From Macrostomum lignano (Eukaryota): a stretch of 24,435 nucleotides of DNA. Within the stretch, counting starts at the first letter, position 1. Every line of letters begins with the position of its first letter. A program made the position numbers and the translations under genes. This document shows, one piece after another, positions 1 through 10,060 of the stretch. The notes beneath the pieces are model-generated. The model did not search any database. It saw nothing but the letters and a program-made list of their open reading frames with translations, and was not told the origin of the DNA. The DNA lies in assembly GCA_002269645.1 (NCBI GenBank), contig NIVC01005159.1, forward strand, positions 1 to 24,435, in the 5' to 3' direction.

Positions 1-790
1 TGAATCTGATAGAATCCCATTTGGCGAATCTGATAGAAATCCCATTTGGTAATATCTATAGAAATCCCATTTGGTGAATCTGATAGAATCCATTTGGGAA
101 TCTGATGAATCCCATTTGGTAAATCTGATAGAATCCCATTTGGGAATATTATGAAATCCATTTGGTGAATCTGGTAGAATCCCATTTGGGGAATCTGATA
201 GAATCCCATTTGGTGAATCTGATAGAATCCCTATTTGTGAATCTGATAGAATCCCATTGTGAATCTGATAGAATCCCATTTGGTGAATCTGATAGAATCG
301 CATTTGTGAATCTGATAGAATCCCATTTGCGAATCTTATGAAATCCCATTTGGTGAATCTGATAGAATCCAATTTGGTGAATCTGATAAATCCCATTTGG
401 TGAATCTGATAGAATCCCATTTGGGGAATACGATGGAATCCCATTTGTGAATCTGATAGAATCCCATTTGATGAATCTGATAGAATCCCATTTGGTGAAT
501 CTGATAGAATCCCATTTGGTGAATCTGATAGAATCCCATTTGATGAATATGATGGAATCCCATTTGATGAATTGATAGAATCACATTTGGGGAATCTGAT
601 AAAATCCCATTTGGTGAATCTGATAGAATCCCATTTGGTGAATCTGATAGAATCCCATTTGGTGAATCTGATAGAATCCCATTTGATGAATCTGATAGAA
701 TCCCATTTGGTGAATCTGATAGAATCCCATTTGGTGAATCTGATAGAATCCCATTTGGGGAATATTATGAAATCCTTTGGTAAATCTGTA
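1..790. repeat. 24-bp minisatellite, unit GAATCTGATAGAATCCCATTTGGT, about 32 copies, runs off the left edge
   Basis: Unit read directly. Copies in ~1-450 carry many single-base indels; copies in ~450-760 are cleaner. Accounts for ORFs 149-349, 336-584 and 572-841. Confidence 0.97.
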
Positions 791-1544
791 GAATTCTGTC
801 TTTTTGAACTATTGGACTTTTGGATTTTATGCCTTCTTTGAATTTTAAATTTTTCGATAAAAAGAAGCATTAAAAAATAATAATAATGTGAAAGCCAAAA
901 AAGCGGTTTCAAAGCAAGGCAGATTTGGTTCAGTGGGCTGGGGGCGGATGGCGGTACGAGCTCAAAAATCTCCCCCTCCCACCCTTTAATGATTTATTAC
1001 TCAAACTGCGCGACGGCTGCACAAAAAATAGGAAAGAGAGAGATTGAGTAGAAGAAAAAAACAGCAGCAAGGGGGAGGGGGCGCCGCGCAGCCGAAAAAG
1101 CAGACGAGATGCTGAAAGAAAGAGAAGGCGCAATAAGAAGCAGAGGGAGGGGAGAGGCGGAGGATTAGACGGGTGAAGACTGGGGACAGGCCGGGGGCGG
1201 GGACGGACAGGAAGTCGAAATCCTGATTTCATTTCCCGCGGGCTGAGAGAGGGACCCTCTGTATGACTGGTTGCCACCCACTCACCTCCTCCCCCTTGAG
1301 TCCCGCATCTGGCAAAGCAATAAGTCTGTTCTTTTTCTCCAATTTATAAGGGCCATAATACACTGTGCTATGAGCTGGCCTTGCTACGTTGGTATTCCCT
1401 GTTCTGAATTCTTACAAGCCATATTGTTTAGAAATAGAAATCTAATCCTTGCAGAGGCAGAGACAGAAAGCAAATATGTAAGATATTTGATAGTTGAGCA
1501 CTTTTGAAATGCACAAATTCAATTATGACCGGCTGCGATAAAAA

Positions 1545-1547
<3 letters not shown>

Positions 1548-1625
<78 letters not shown>
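1548..1625. repeat. (GA)39 microsatellite
   Basis: Perfect GA run read directly. Confidence 0.98.
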
Positions 1626-1628
<3 letters not shown>

Positions 1629-1631
1629 GAA

Positions 1632-2310
1632 AGAAGCGAGGGTGACACAGGGAGAAAAGAGAGGGAGACACAGGGAGAGAAGAGAGGGAGACACAGGGAG
1701 AGAAGCGAGGGAGAGACAGGGAGAGAAGAGAGGAGAGACACAGCGAGAGAAGACAGGAAGAGACAGGGAGAGAAGAGAGAGAGACACGGGGAGGGAAGCG
1801 AGAGAGACACAGGGAGAGAAGCGAGATACAGTTAGGGAGAGAAGACAGGGAGACACAGGGAGAGAAGCGAGGGAGAGACAGGGAGAGAAGCGAGGGTGAC
1901 ACAGGGAGAAGAGAGGGAGACACAGGGAGAGAAGCGAGGGAGAGACAGGGAAAGAAGCGAGGGTGACACAGGGAGAAGACAGGGAGACACAGGGAGAGAA
2001 GCGAGGGAGAGACAGGGAGAGAAGCGAGGGAGACACAGGGGAGAGAAGCGAGATACAGATAGGGAGAGAAGACAGGGAGACACAGGGAGAGAAGAGAGGG
2101 AGACACAGGGAAAGAAGAGAGGGAGACACAGGGAGAGAAAAGAGGGAGACACAGGGAGAGAAGGGAGGGAGACACAGGGAGAGAAGAGAGGGAGACACAG
2201 GGAGGGAAGCGAGGGAGACACAGGGAGAGAAGCGAGACATATGGACAAAAGCGAAGGAGAAGAGACAGGGAGGGAAGCAAGGGAGAGACAGGAGAAGGAA
2301 AGAGAAACAT
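1632..2310. repeat. Purine-rich ~23-bp minisatellite (GAGGGAGACACAGGGAGAGAAGC and variants)
   Basis: Tandem, variable copies adjoining the GA microsatellite. Source of the low-complexity R/E/G and S/L/P ORFs on both strands. Confidence 0.93.
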
Positions 2311-3153
2311 TAAGAAGGCTGTTACATTATTAAAAGAAGGAAATTTGATCGGACCTAACAGCTACATCAGGTCAAAACGCCCTCAATAGTGAAACATTAG
2401 TGGCATGAGTCAGCCCTCTCTCCTTGTCCAAAGCAAACGGCATGAAAACACAACACTGCTCCCACAGCGCTGGGCACCCTCACAAGAACTAACAACAGTG
2501 ACAGACAGGCACACGCGTCACACATAATTGATAAATGACAATAGCCATCCACAGCTGGTTTTCACACTTAAACGCGAGAACAGAAAAACAGCCTCTGCTC
2601 TGCATGCGTTTCTCTGTCTCATATTACTGACAGACCTTCAAACCAGCAACTTGAAATGCAATATATGAGTATCACTATTCAGCTTTAAACTGACACTATG
2701 AGAACAGTTAGTAAGTTCTGCTGCAAAGCCCGACCCTGGGCTCCATGCCATGCATCATGCACTGAGCATCATTCTCAATACTGAGATAAAACCGCTAGGG
2801 GATTAGGTGAGGTGAGGTGAGGGACGGATTCAGCGGATGAAAACAATAGAGATGATTAGCGCAAGGGGGCGCCATGGTGGCAGAAACTATCTGTCAATCA
2901 GCTGTTAGAATTTGAGAGCCTGAGAGACTGTCAGACTGTTCAAATCCAATTGATTTTTTCTCACTCACACAGTTTTAGTTCTGCTATAATCCATTGTTTC
3001 AAAAAAATTTAAGTGCAACAAAAATGCCAGAATTTTCACGTGACTTCCCGCAATCCACGTGACCTCAGTTGAAGAATTTTGACTCTATTTTAGCGATATT
3101 TTTAAATCTACCCCAGTCTGAGCTAATTTCTTCTATCTGTGATCTTCTAATAC

Positions 3154-3530
3154 CCATTTTCTAACTTTGATATTTATGTCAATCTTCCTTCAGAAATGGT
3201 AATGTGCCATTTTCTAACTCTGATCCTTATAATGTCAATCTAATTCCTTCAGAGATGGGAATGTGCCATTTTCTAACTCTGAGCTTTATACGCTCGTAAT
3301 GTCAATCTTTCTTCAGAGATGGGAATGTGCCATTTTCTAACTCTGATCCTTATAATGTCAATCTTTCTTCAGAGATGGGAATGTGCCATTTTCTAACTCT
3401 GATCCTTATAATGTCAATCTTTCTTCAGAGATGGGAATGTGCCATTTTCTAACTCTGATCCTTATAATGTCAATCTTTCTTCAGAGATGCGAATGTGCCA
3501 TTTTCTAACTCTGATCCTTATAATTTCAAT
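3154..3530. repeat. 56-bp minisatellite (CTTCAGAGATGGGAATGTGCCATTTTCTAACTCTGATCCTTATAATGTCAATCTTT), about 6.5 copies
   Basis: CTTCAGAGAT recurs at 3311, 3367, 3423 and 3479 (period 56). Earlier copies are diverged. Confidence 0.95.
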
Positions 3531-3636
3531 CATTATTCACTGATTTTAATGCACTATTGGAATAAAAGAAAATAAAAAATATTCTATAATTTGCAAACTA
3601 CGCTACTTGAAGTAGACATCCATCGAAAAAACTCAC

Positions 3637-3819
3637 TAAAATTTAGCGGGCCAGCAAAAACAAACACCGGTTGAAGAGTCGCTATTAAAGAATGATTTGA
3701 AAATCCGACTGACAAAAACGGCTGCTCAGTTGATGACGATAATTGTTGATGACGTAACAGCGGCTGCTGGATTACCAAATTTGGTTGGCCAGCGATTTTT
3801 AGACTGACTTTAAATTCAG
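3637..3819 (-). CDS. WSC gene exon 5 (phase 1-1, 183 nt; EFKVSLKIAGQPNLV...FAGPLNF)
   Basis: Acceptor TATTTCAG at 3820, donor GTGAGT at 3636. Open only in the frame predicted from exon 4. Confidence 0.72.
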
Positions 3820-6800
3820 CTGAAATAATAAAATAATAGTGTCTCATTGAAATAAAAATGATGCCTTTAATTTTTGGCATCCAATGTAAATAACTTGGTT
3901 GCTATGTAAAAAAGATAAACTTACAAATATTGTTGTCGAAGTCGCCAATCATTGCAATAGCCAAGCTTAGATTAGCTCGTTCAAATTGGCGCGCTCTGCT
4001 AGTTAGATTAACAAATATTTTGCCGCTAGGAAGCAAACGGTTGGCGGAGTACATAGCAGCGATAGAGGCGGCGGACCCGCACATCAGCTGAGGCCGGTTC
4101 GGACAGCTGATTGGAAATTAGGAAAGAAGAAAGCACAAAAGTACATTTTGCAATAAAAGTAAATTTTAGTTTTACTTGCATAAAAATTGTCACCGAAGAT
4201 TCGAAATTCGAAAAAAATGTCACGCACCAATGCAGCAATCGAACGGGAGAGGGCTGCACGGTCACAAGAGCCCAAGGGAGAGAGCTGCACGGTTACAAGA
4301 GCCCAAGGGAGAGGGCTGCACGGTCACAAGAGCCCAAGGGAGAGAGCTGCACGGTCACAAGAGCCCAAGGGAGAGGGTTGCACGGTCACAAGAGCCCAAG
4401 GGAGAGGGTTGCACGGTCACAAGAGCCCAAGGGAGAGGGTTGCACGGTCACAAGAGCCCAAGGGAGAGGGTTGCACGGTCACAAGAGCCCAATGACAAGG
4501 GTTGCACGGTCACAAGAGCCCAAGGACAAGGGTTTCACGGTCACAAGAGCCCAGGGACAAGGGTTGCACGGTCACAAGAGCCCAAGGACGAGGGTTTCAC
4601 GGTCAAAAGAGCCCAAGGGAGAGGGCTGCACGGTCACAACCACAAGAGCCCAAGGGAGAGGGCTGCACGGTCACAAGAGCCCAAGGGAGAGAGCTGCACG
4701 GTCACAAGAGCCCAAGGGAGAGGGTTGCACGGTCACAAGAGCCCAAGGGAGAGGGCTGCACGGTCACAACCACAAGAGCCCAAGGGAGAGGGTTGCACGG
4801 TCACAAGAGCCCAAGGGAGAGGGCTGCACGGTCACAACCACAAGAGCCCAAGGGAGAGGGCTGCACGGTCACAAGAGCCCAAGGGAGAGGATTGCACGGT
4901 CACAAGAGCCCAAGGGAGAGGGCTGCACGGTCACAACCACAAGAGCCCAAGGGAGAGGGCTGCACGGTCACAAGAGCCCAAGGACAAGGGTTGCACGGTC
5001 ACAAGAGCCCAAGGACGAGGGTTTCACGGTCAAAAGAGCCCAAGGGAGAGGGCTGCACGGTCACAACCACAAGAGCCCAAGGGAGAGGGCTGCACGGTCA
5101 CAAGAGCCCAAGGGAGAGAGCTGCACGGTCACAACCACAAGAGCCCAAGGGAGAGGGCTGCACGGTCACAAGAGCCCAAGGGAGAGGGCTGCACGGTCAC
5201 AACCACAAGAGCCCAAGGGAGAGGGCTGCACGGTCACAAGAGCCCAAGGGAGAGAGCTGCATGGTCACAAGAGCCCAAGGGAGAGGGTTGCACGGTCACA
5301 AGAGCCCAAGGGAGAGGGCTGCACGGTCACAACCACAAGAGCCCAAGGGAGAGGGTTGCACGGTCACAAGAGCCCAAGGGAGAGGGTTGCACGGTCACAA
5401 GAGCCCAAGGACAAGGGTTTCACGGTCACAAGAGCCCAGGGACAAGGGTTGCACGGTCACAAGAGCCCAAGGACAAGGGTTTCACGGTCACAAGAGCCCA
5501 AGGACAAGGGTTGCACGGTCACAAGAGCCCAATGACAAGGGTTGCACGGTCACAAGAGCCCAAGGACAAGGGTTTCACGGTCACAAGAGCCCAGGGACAA
5601 GGGTTGCACGGTCACAAGAGCCCAAGGACGAGGGTTTCACGGTCAAAAGAGCCCAAGGGAGAGGGCTGCACGGTCACAACCACAAGAGCCCAAGGGAGAG
5701 GGCTGCACGGTCACAAGAGCCCAAGGGAGAGAGCTGCACGGTCACAACCACAAGAGCCCAAGGGAGAGGGTTGCACGGTCACAAGAGCCCAAGGGAGAGA
5801 GCTGCACGGTCACAAGAGCCCAAGGGAGAGGGTTGCACGGTCACAAGAGCCCAAGGGAGAGGGTTGCACGGTCACAAGAGCCCAAGGGAGAGGGTTGCAC
5901 GGTCACAAGAGCCCAATGACAAGGGTTGCACGGTCACAAGAGCCCAGGGACAAGGGTTGCACGGTCACAAGAGCCCAAGGACGAGGGTTTCACGGTCAAA
6001 AGAGCCCAAGGGAGAGGGCTGCACGGTCACAACCACAAAAGCCCAAGGGAAAGGGCTGCACGGTCACAAGAGCCCAAGGGAGAGGGCTGCACGGTCACAA
6101 GAGCCCAAGGGAGAGGGTTGCACGGTCACAAGAGCCCAAGGACAAGGGTTGCACGGTCACAAGAGCCCAAGGACAAGGGTTGCACGGTCACAAGAGCCCA
6201 AGGACAAGGGTTGCACGGTCACAAGAGCCCAAGGACAAGGGTTGCACGGTCACAAGAGCCCAAGGACAAGGGTTGCACGGTCACAAGAGCCCAAGGACAA
6301 GGGCTGCAAGGTCACAAGAGCCAAAAATATATAATTTCACGGTCAATATAGTACACGTATAGACAGAGTTGCACGGACACTAAAGTAGAGGGTGAGGTCC
6401 TCGCTTGCAAACAAAAAGTTCATAAAAATATTTTACTATTCCAAATATATTGCACTGCTATATGTGATACTACAGCGCAATGTACCCACAATGCACCCTA
6501 GCGCACCCTCAGCCAAAGCTATGCAATATAAAAATGGAACTCCGCACGCCCCCAAGTCAGCTATGGGGCATGAACGACAGAAAACGCTGTTTAATGCGTT
6601 CGCCATTTTATGATTAGTATTTGTGCGCAATTTCGAAGAAGCCGAAATCGAGATGCAGAATCAATTCAGAAGAAGTAAGCGAGCGAGGGTTAGTGGTAGA
6701 GGGGCACAAAGTATCATTCTGGGACAAGGACAAATCACCTTGGCCTTGGCCGCACGCAGTTATGATATATAAAAATTAGACTGACTGCTATTCTTCGCTA

Positions 6801-8751
6801 TTTGAAGAAGTAAACTTGGAGGTCAAATGGCCAAAGTTGCGTGCTTTGCTTTCTGTCTAGTACTCGATTGGGATCAATAATCCCTACCTGTCCATCCTCA
6901 ATAGGGATCAATAATCCCTACCTGTCCATCCTCAATAGGGATCAAAAATCCCTATCTGTCCATCCTCAATAGGGATCAATAATCCCTACCTGTCCATCCT
7001 CAATAGGGATCAATAATCCCTACCTGTCCATCCTCAATAGGGATCAATAATCCCTACCTGTCCATCATCAATAAGGATCAATAACCCCTATCTGTCCATC
7101 CTCAATAGGGATCAATAATCCCTATCTGTCCATCCTCAATAGGGATCAATAATCCCTATCTGTCCATCATCAATAGGGATCAATAATCCCTATCTGTCCA
7201 TCATCAATAGGGATCAATAATCCCTATCTGTCCATCATCAATAGGGATCAATAATCCCTATCTGTCCATCATCAATAGGGATCAATAATCCCTACCTGTC
7301 CATCATCAATAGGGATCAATAACCCCTACCTGTCCATCCTTAATAGGAATAATTAATCCCTACAGTCCAGCTTCAATAGGGATCAATAATCCCTACCTGT
7401 CCATCATCAATAAGGATCAATAACCCCTACCTGTCCATCATCAATAGGGATCAATAACCCCTACCTGTCCATCATCAATAAGGATCAATAACCCCTACCT
7501 GTCCATCATCAATAAGGATCAATAATCCCTACCTGTCCATCCTCAATGGGAATAATTAATCCCTACAGTCCAGCTTCAATAGGGATCAATAATCTCCTTC
7601 AGAACTCCCTGACCAAGTGATACTCATACCACAATATGAAGAACACAGCAGAGCTGGCATCGAAAGTGGCTTACGGTTCGCAGCGGCCGGCCCCGATAGC
7701 GGACAGAATGGGGTCGCCAGGTGCGGCGGTCCAGGATTTTCCGGCTTCAATTTTAGCACAGCTGCAGGACGCGCTTCTGCCCAGCAGAGGCCGCGCTTGT
7801 CTGCGAATGGGAGCGATTTTGTGTTAGAATTCCACAGTTGGTAGTGCGGGTCAGTTGTAAGTTGTATTTTTATGCTCTTATGCGAGCTTGAGCTGAGAAT
7901 ACTGTGAGAATTTTAGCGAGATTGTAAGGGGGTAAGTAAGTAAGTGGGTAAGTGGGTGAGTGACTGATTTGTCTGTGATTGAGTGACTGAAAAGGTGAGT
8001 AATTGAGTAATTAGGTGAGTGACTGAGTGAAAGAGTGAGTGAGTGATTGAGTGGTTAAGTAAGAGAGTGAATGAGTTAGTGAGCGAGTGGGTGAGTGAGT
8101 GGCTGAGTAAGTGAGTGATTAAGTGAGTGTGAGTGAGTGAGTAAATGAGTGAATGAGTGAGTAAGTGAGTGAGTGAGTGAATGAATGAATGAGTGAGTGC
8201 GTGAGTGCGTGAATGAGTGAGTGAGTGAGTGAGTGAGTGAGTGAGTGAATGAATGAGTGAGTGAGTGAGTGAGTGAGTGAATGAATGAATGAGTGAGTGA
8301 GTGAATGAATGAGTGAGTGAGTGAGTGAGTGAGTGAGTGAGTGAATGAATGAATGAGTGAGTGAGTGAGTGAGTGCGTGAATGAGTGAGTGAGTGAGTGA
8401 GTGAGTGAGTGAGTGAGTGAGTGAGCAAGCGAGCGATTCCTAAGCTACTCACCCCAAAGCGGAGCAGCGATAAAAGCAGGCTGCTGGAGTGGGCAACTCC
8501 TTCCAATTTGATATGCTGACTGCTCCAGCAGTGACAGCTGAAGACAAACTTGACAACTCGATGCAGCCAAGATAGCCATTGGGTGCAGTGGCAGCAGATA
8601 CACAGACAAAAGTTAGCAAAGCTATTGCAGAACAAATTCCTATAGGAGCAGAAAAGAATACCAGCGTTTCAATATATTAATGGTCTAGGTAAGTTTCAAA
8701 AACTTCAAAAGAAGAAAAATCCTTACCTCTAGGATTTATTTGTAGTTGCAT
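3637..8751 (-). CDS. Spliced gene for a secreted or membrane WSC-domain protein (possibly polycystin-1-like N-terminus); 3' end uncertain
   Basis: Exons 8751-8727, 8639-8453, 7800-7675, 4106-3925 and 3819-3637 are all GT-AG and phase-compatible (1,2,2,1). Translation: MQLQINPRGICSAIALLTFVCVSA (signal-like), then GYLGC...PTPAACFYRCSALG...SCSCAK...GRCEPCPNRPQLMCGS...MY, which matches the 8-Cys WSC pattern. A beta-rich segment follows (KIFVNLTS...EFKVSLKI...VFVFAGPLNF). Confidence 0.8.
3925..4106 (-). CDS. WSC gene exon 4 (CPNRPQLMCGSAASIAAMYS...GDFDNNI)
   Basis: Polypyrimidine acceptor ending CAATCAG, donor GTAAGT at 3924. Supplies the last two WSC cysteines in the correct phase. Confidence 0.8.
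4244..6330. repeat. 31-bp minisatellite (GCACGGTCACAAGAGCCCAAGGGAGAGGGCT), about 66 copies, with 37-bp (+ACCACA) and GGACAAGGGTT variants; intron 3 of the WSC gene
   Basis: CACGG recurs at 4381 and 4412 (period 31). The stop-free unit produces the 474, 610 and 728-aa ORFs in all three + frames. Confidence 0.98.
6870..7595. repeat. 34-bp minisatellite (GGGATCAATAATCCCTACCTGTCCATCCTCAATA), about 21 copies, each with a TAGGGAT-caata-ATCCCTA hairpin
   Basis: GGGATC at 6870 and 6904 (period 34). Copies are contiguous with no spacers. Confidence 0.97.
7675..7800 (-). CDS. WSC gene exon 3 (QARPLLGRSASCSCAK...GRCE)
   Basis: CTAAC branch-like motif and TTCGCAG acceptor, GTAAGC donor, phase 2-2. Contains the CxC motif of WSC. 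Confidence 0.78.
7930..8425. repeat. (TGAG)n/(TGAA)n microsatellite filling intron 2 of the WSC gene
   Basis: Read directly; degenerate at the left end. Gives the LTHS-repeat ORF 7913-8635. Confidence 0.97.
8453..8639 (-). CDS. WSC gene exon 2 (signal peptide core and WSC N-terminal half)
   Basis: Acceptor TTTTCTGCTCCTATAG, donor GTGAGT. Encodes ICSAIALLTFVCVSA...GYLGC...ACFYRCSAL. Confidence 0.85.
8727..8751 (-). CDS. WSC gene first coding exon (MQLQINPR)
   Basis: ATG in CACAATG context, donor AG|GTAAGG, 87-nt intron, phase 1 matches exon 2. Confidence 0.72.
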
Positions 8752-9262
8752 TGTGGCACACAAGTGTAAGAACTCCTAAACTGAACAAACTACATCACAA
8801 TTGATTAGAAGCTGAAATTTTACCACAAGAATTAAATTAGTTATAAGGAAATAATTTAAAACATATATTAATATAAAAATATAACTTTCAAACTTTTTAA
8901 TTTCCAGGGGGGGTCTTGATTTGCCAGATTTGAATACTGTTAAATCTACACTGTCAGGATGGTAGGTTCGAAGCTTTCAAAAACCCATGGATGTAGACTA
9001 GACACTTTTACAGATTTTAGGCATGCCACACCCGTGCAAAAAGTGCTGACACCTCCTGGCATCGCGGCAAGATCACCAGGCCGCGGATGACTACGGTTGG
9101 TTCGGACGGCCGCGCTTCGGCTGCGGCAGAAAAGCTCAGCACAGCAGGGACTCGCAGAGGTCGGCGCAGCGTCGCACTGAGCGGCGGCGCGAGCGCAAGC
9201 GGCGAGGGCGACTCCGCGGCGCGGCCAGGCGCCTGTTGTCTCCAGTCCCTGCTACTTCAACT

Positions 9263-10060
9263 ATGGATCCGCCGGGTGGCGCCGGGGACCACGAGGCCAA
9301 CCTCCATCTGTCCCCAGCTGTACCAGGTGGCCGCCTCAGGCTCGGCACGATGAACTGCCGAACTCTGAAGGCCCCCTGGCGTCGCACCATCCTTGTCCAG
9401 CTGGCCCACGACCTACAGCTGGACCTCGTCTCGCTGCAGGAGGTTTCTATCGTGGCTGAGCCGGGGCTCCACTCTGAGGACCTCGGAGCCGGCTGGAGCC
9501 TCCTGTACACGTCGGCAGACAACCGCGGCCGGGGCGGTGTCGGCGTACTGATCGGACCGCGCATCCCGGAGAGCGTGCACTGCATCTCGCTGTCCCCGCG
9601 ACTGATTCGGGTCGACCTGCGACTGCGCGCCCGCTGCATCCGGCTGTTCTGCGCGTATGCACCCACCGCTGCTCACCCCGAGGAGGCTCGTGCCTTCTCC
9701 GACTTCCTGGCTGGGCAGCTGGAAGAGGTGCCAAACCGCGACACGCTGGTCCGAGCACTCGCTCTGTGTCGCGGGACGCGAGAACGCCAACACCGATGCG
9801 CTGGAGGACCTGCTTGACCGGCTGGATCTGGTGTCCGCGAACAACCAGTTCCGCAAGCCCCCTGCCCGCCTGGTCACCTTTGCGGGCTGCAAGAGAAGGC
9901 GGCGGAACGCCACGAGGACGGATCGCCACGAGGAGACTGGCGCAACTCGATCATGCGCTGGTTCGCACTCGCGAGCGCCGCCCCGTCACCAACTGCGACA
10001 CCATGGCTCCACTGGCTCTCCGGTCAGACCATCGACTCCTGATCTGCGACTTGCGTCTCC
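9263..10060 (+). pseudogene. LINE APE endonuclease domain, broken across three frames; GDFN motif deleted
   Basis: Pieces of ORFs 9236-9817, 9657-10274 and 9766-10131 join into one APE domain. The sequence jumps after RDTLV where LGDFNA is expected. Confidence 0.88.

Noticed and set aside
1286-1308. 23-nt minus-strand microexon (TTTGCCAG acceptor, AG|GTGAGT donor) continuing the WSC gene
   Set aside because: The phase would fit, but the peptide (AGLKGEE) is uninformative and no flanking exon was found; cannot be supported without RNA data.
1428-2333. RE-rich or SL/SP-rich proteins
   Set aside because: Products of the GA microsatellite and the 23-bp purine repeat; open on both strands and in multiple frames.
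2795-2881. Perfect Kozak GCCACCATGG on the minus strand (ATG 2875)
   Set aside because: Opens only a 26-codon ORF with no donor or homology.
4111-6362. 474, 610 and 728-aa ORFs as a repetitive structural protein
   Set aside because: All three + frames give the same cyclic 31-aa peptide because the 31-bp unit lacks stops. The region is an intron of the minus-strand WSC gene.
6870-7595. CRISPR array (34-bp palindromic repeat)
   Set aside because: Units are contiguous with no unique spacers, there are no cas genes, and the context is a eukaryotic intron.
7617-7844. Plus-strand ORFs 7617-7844 and 7636-7827
   Set aside because: Antisense shadows of WSC exon 3; no recognisable motif.
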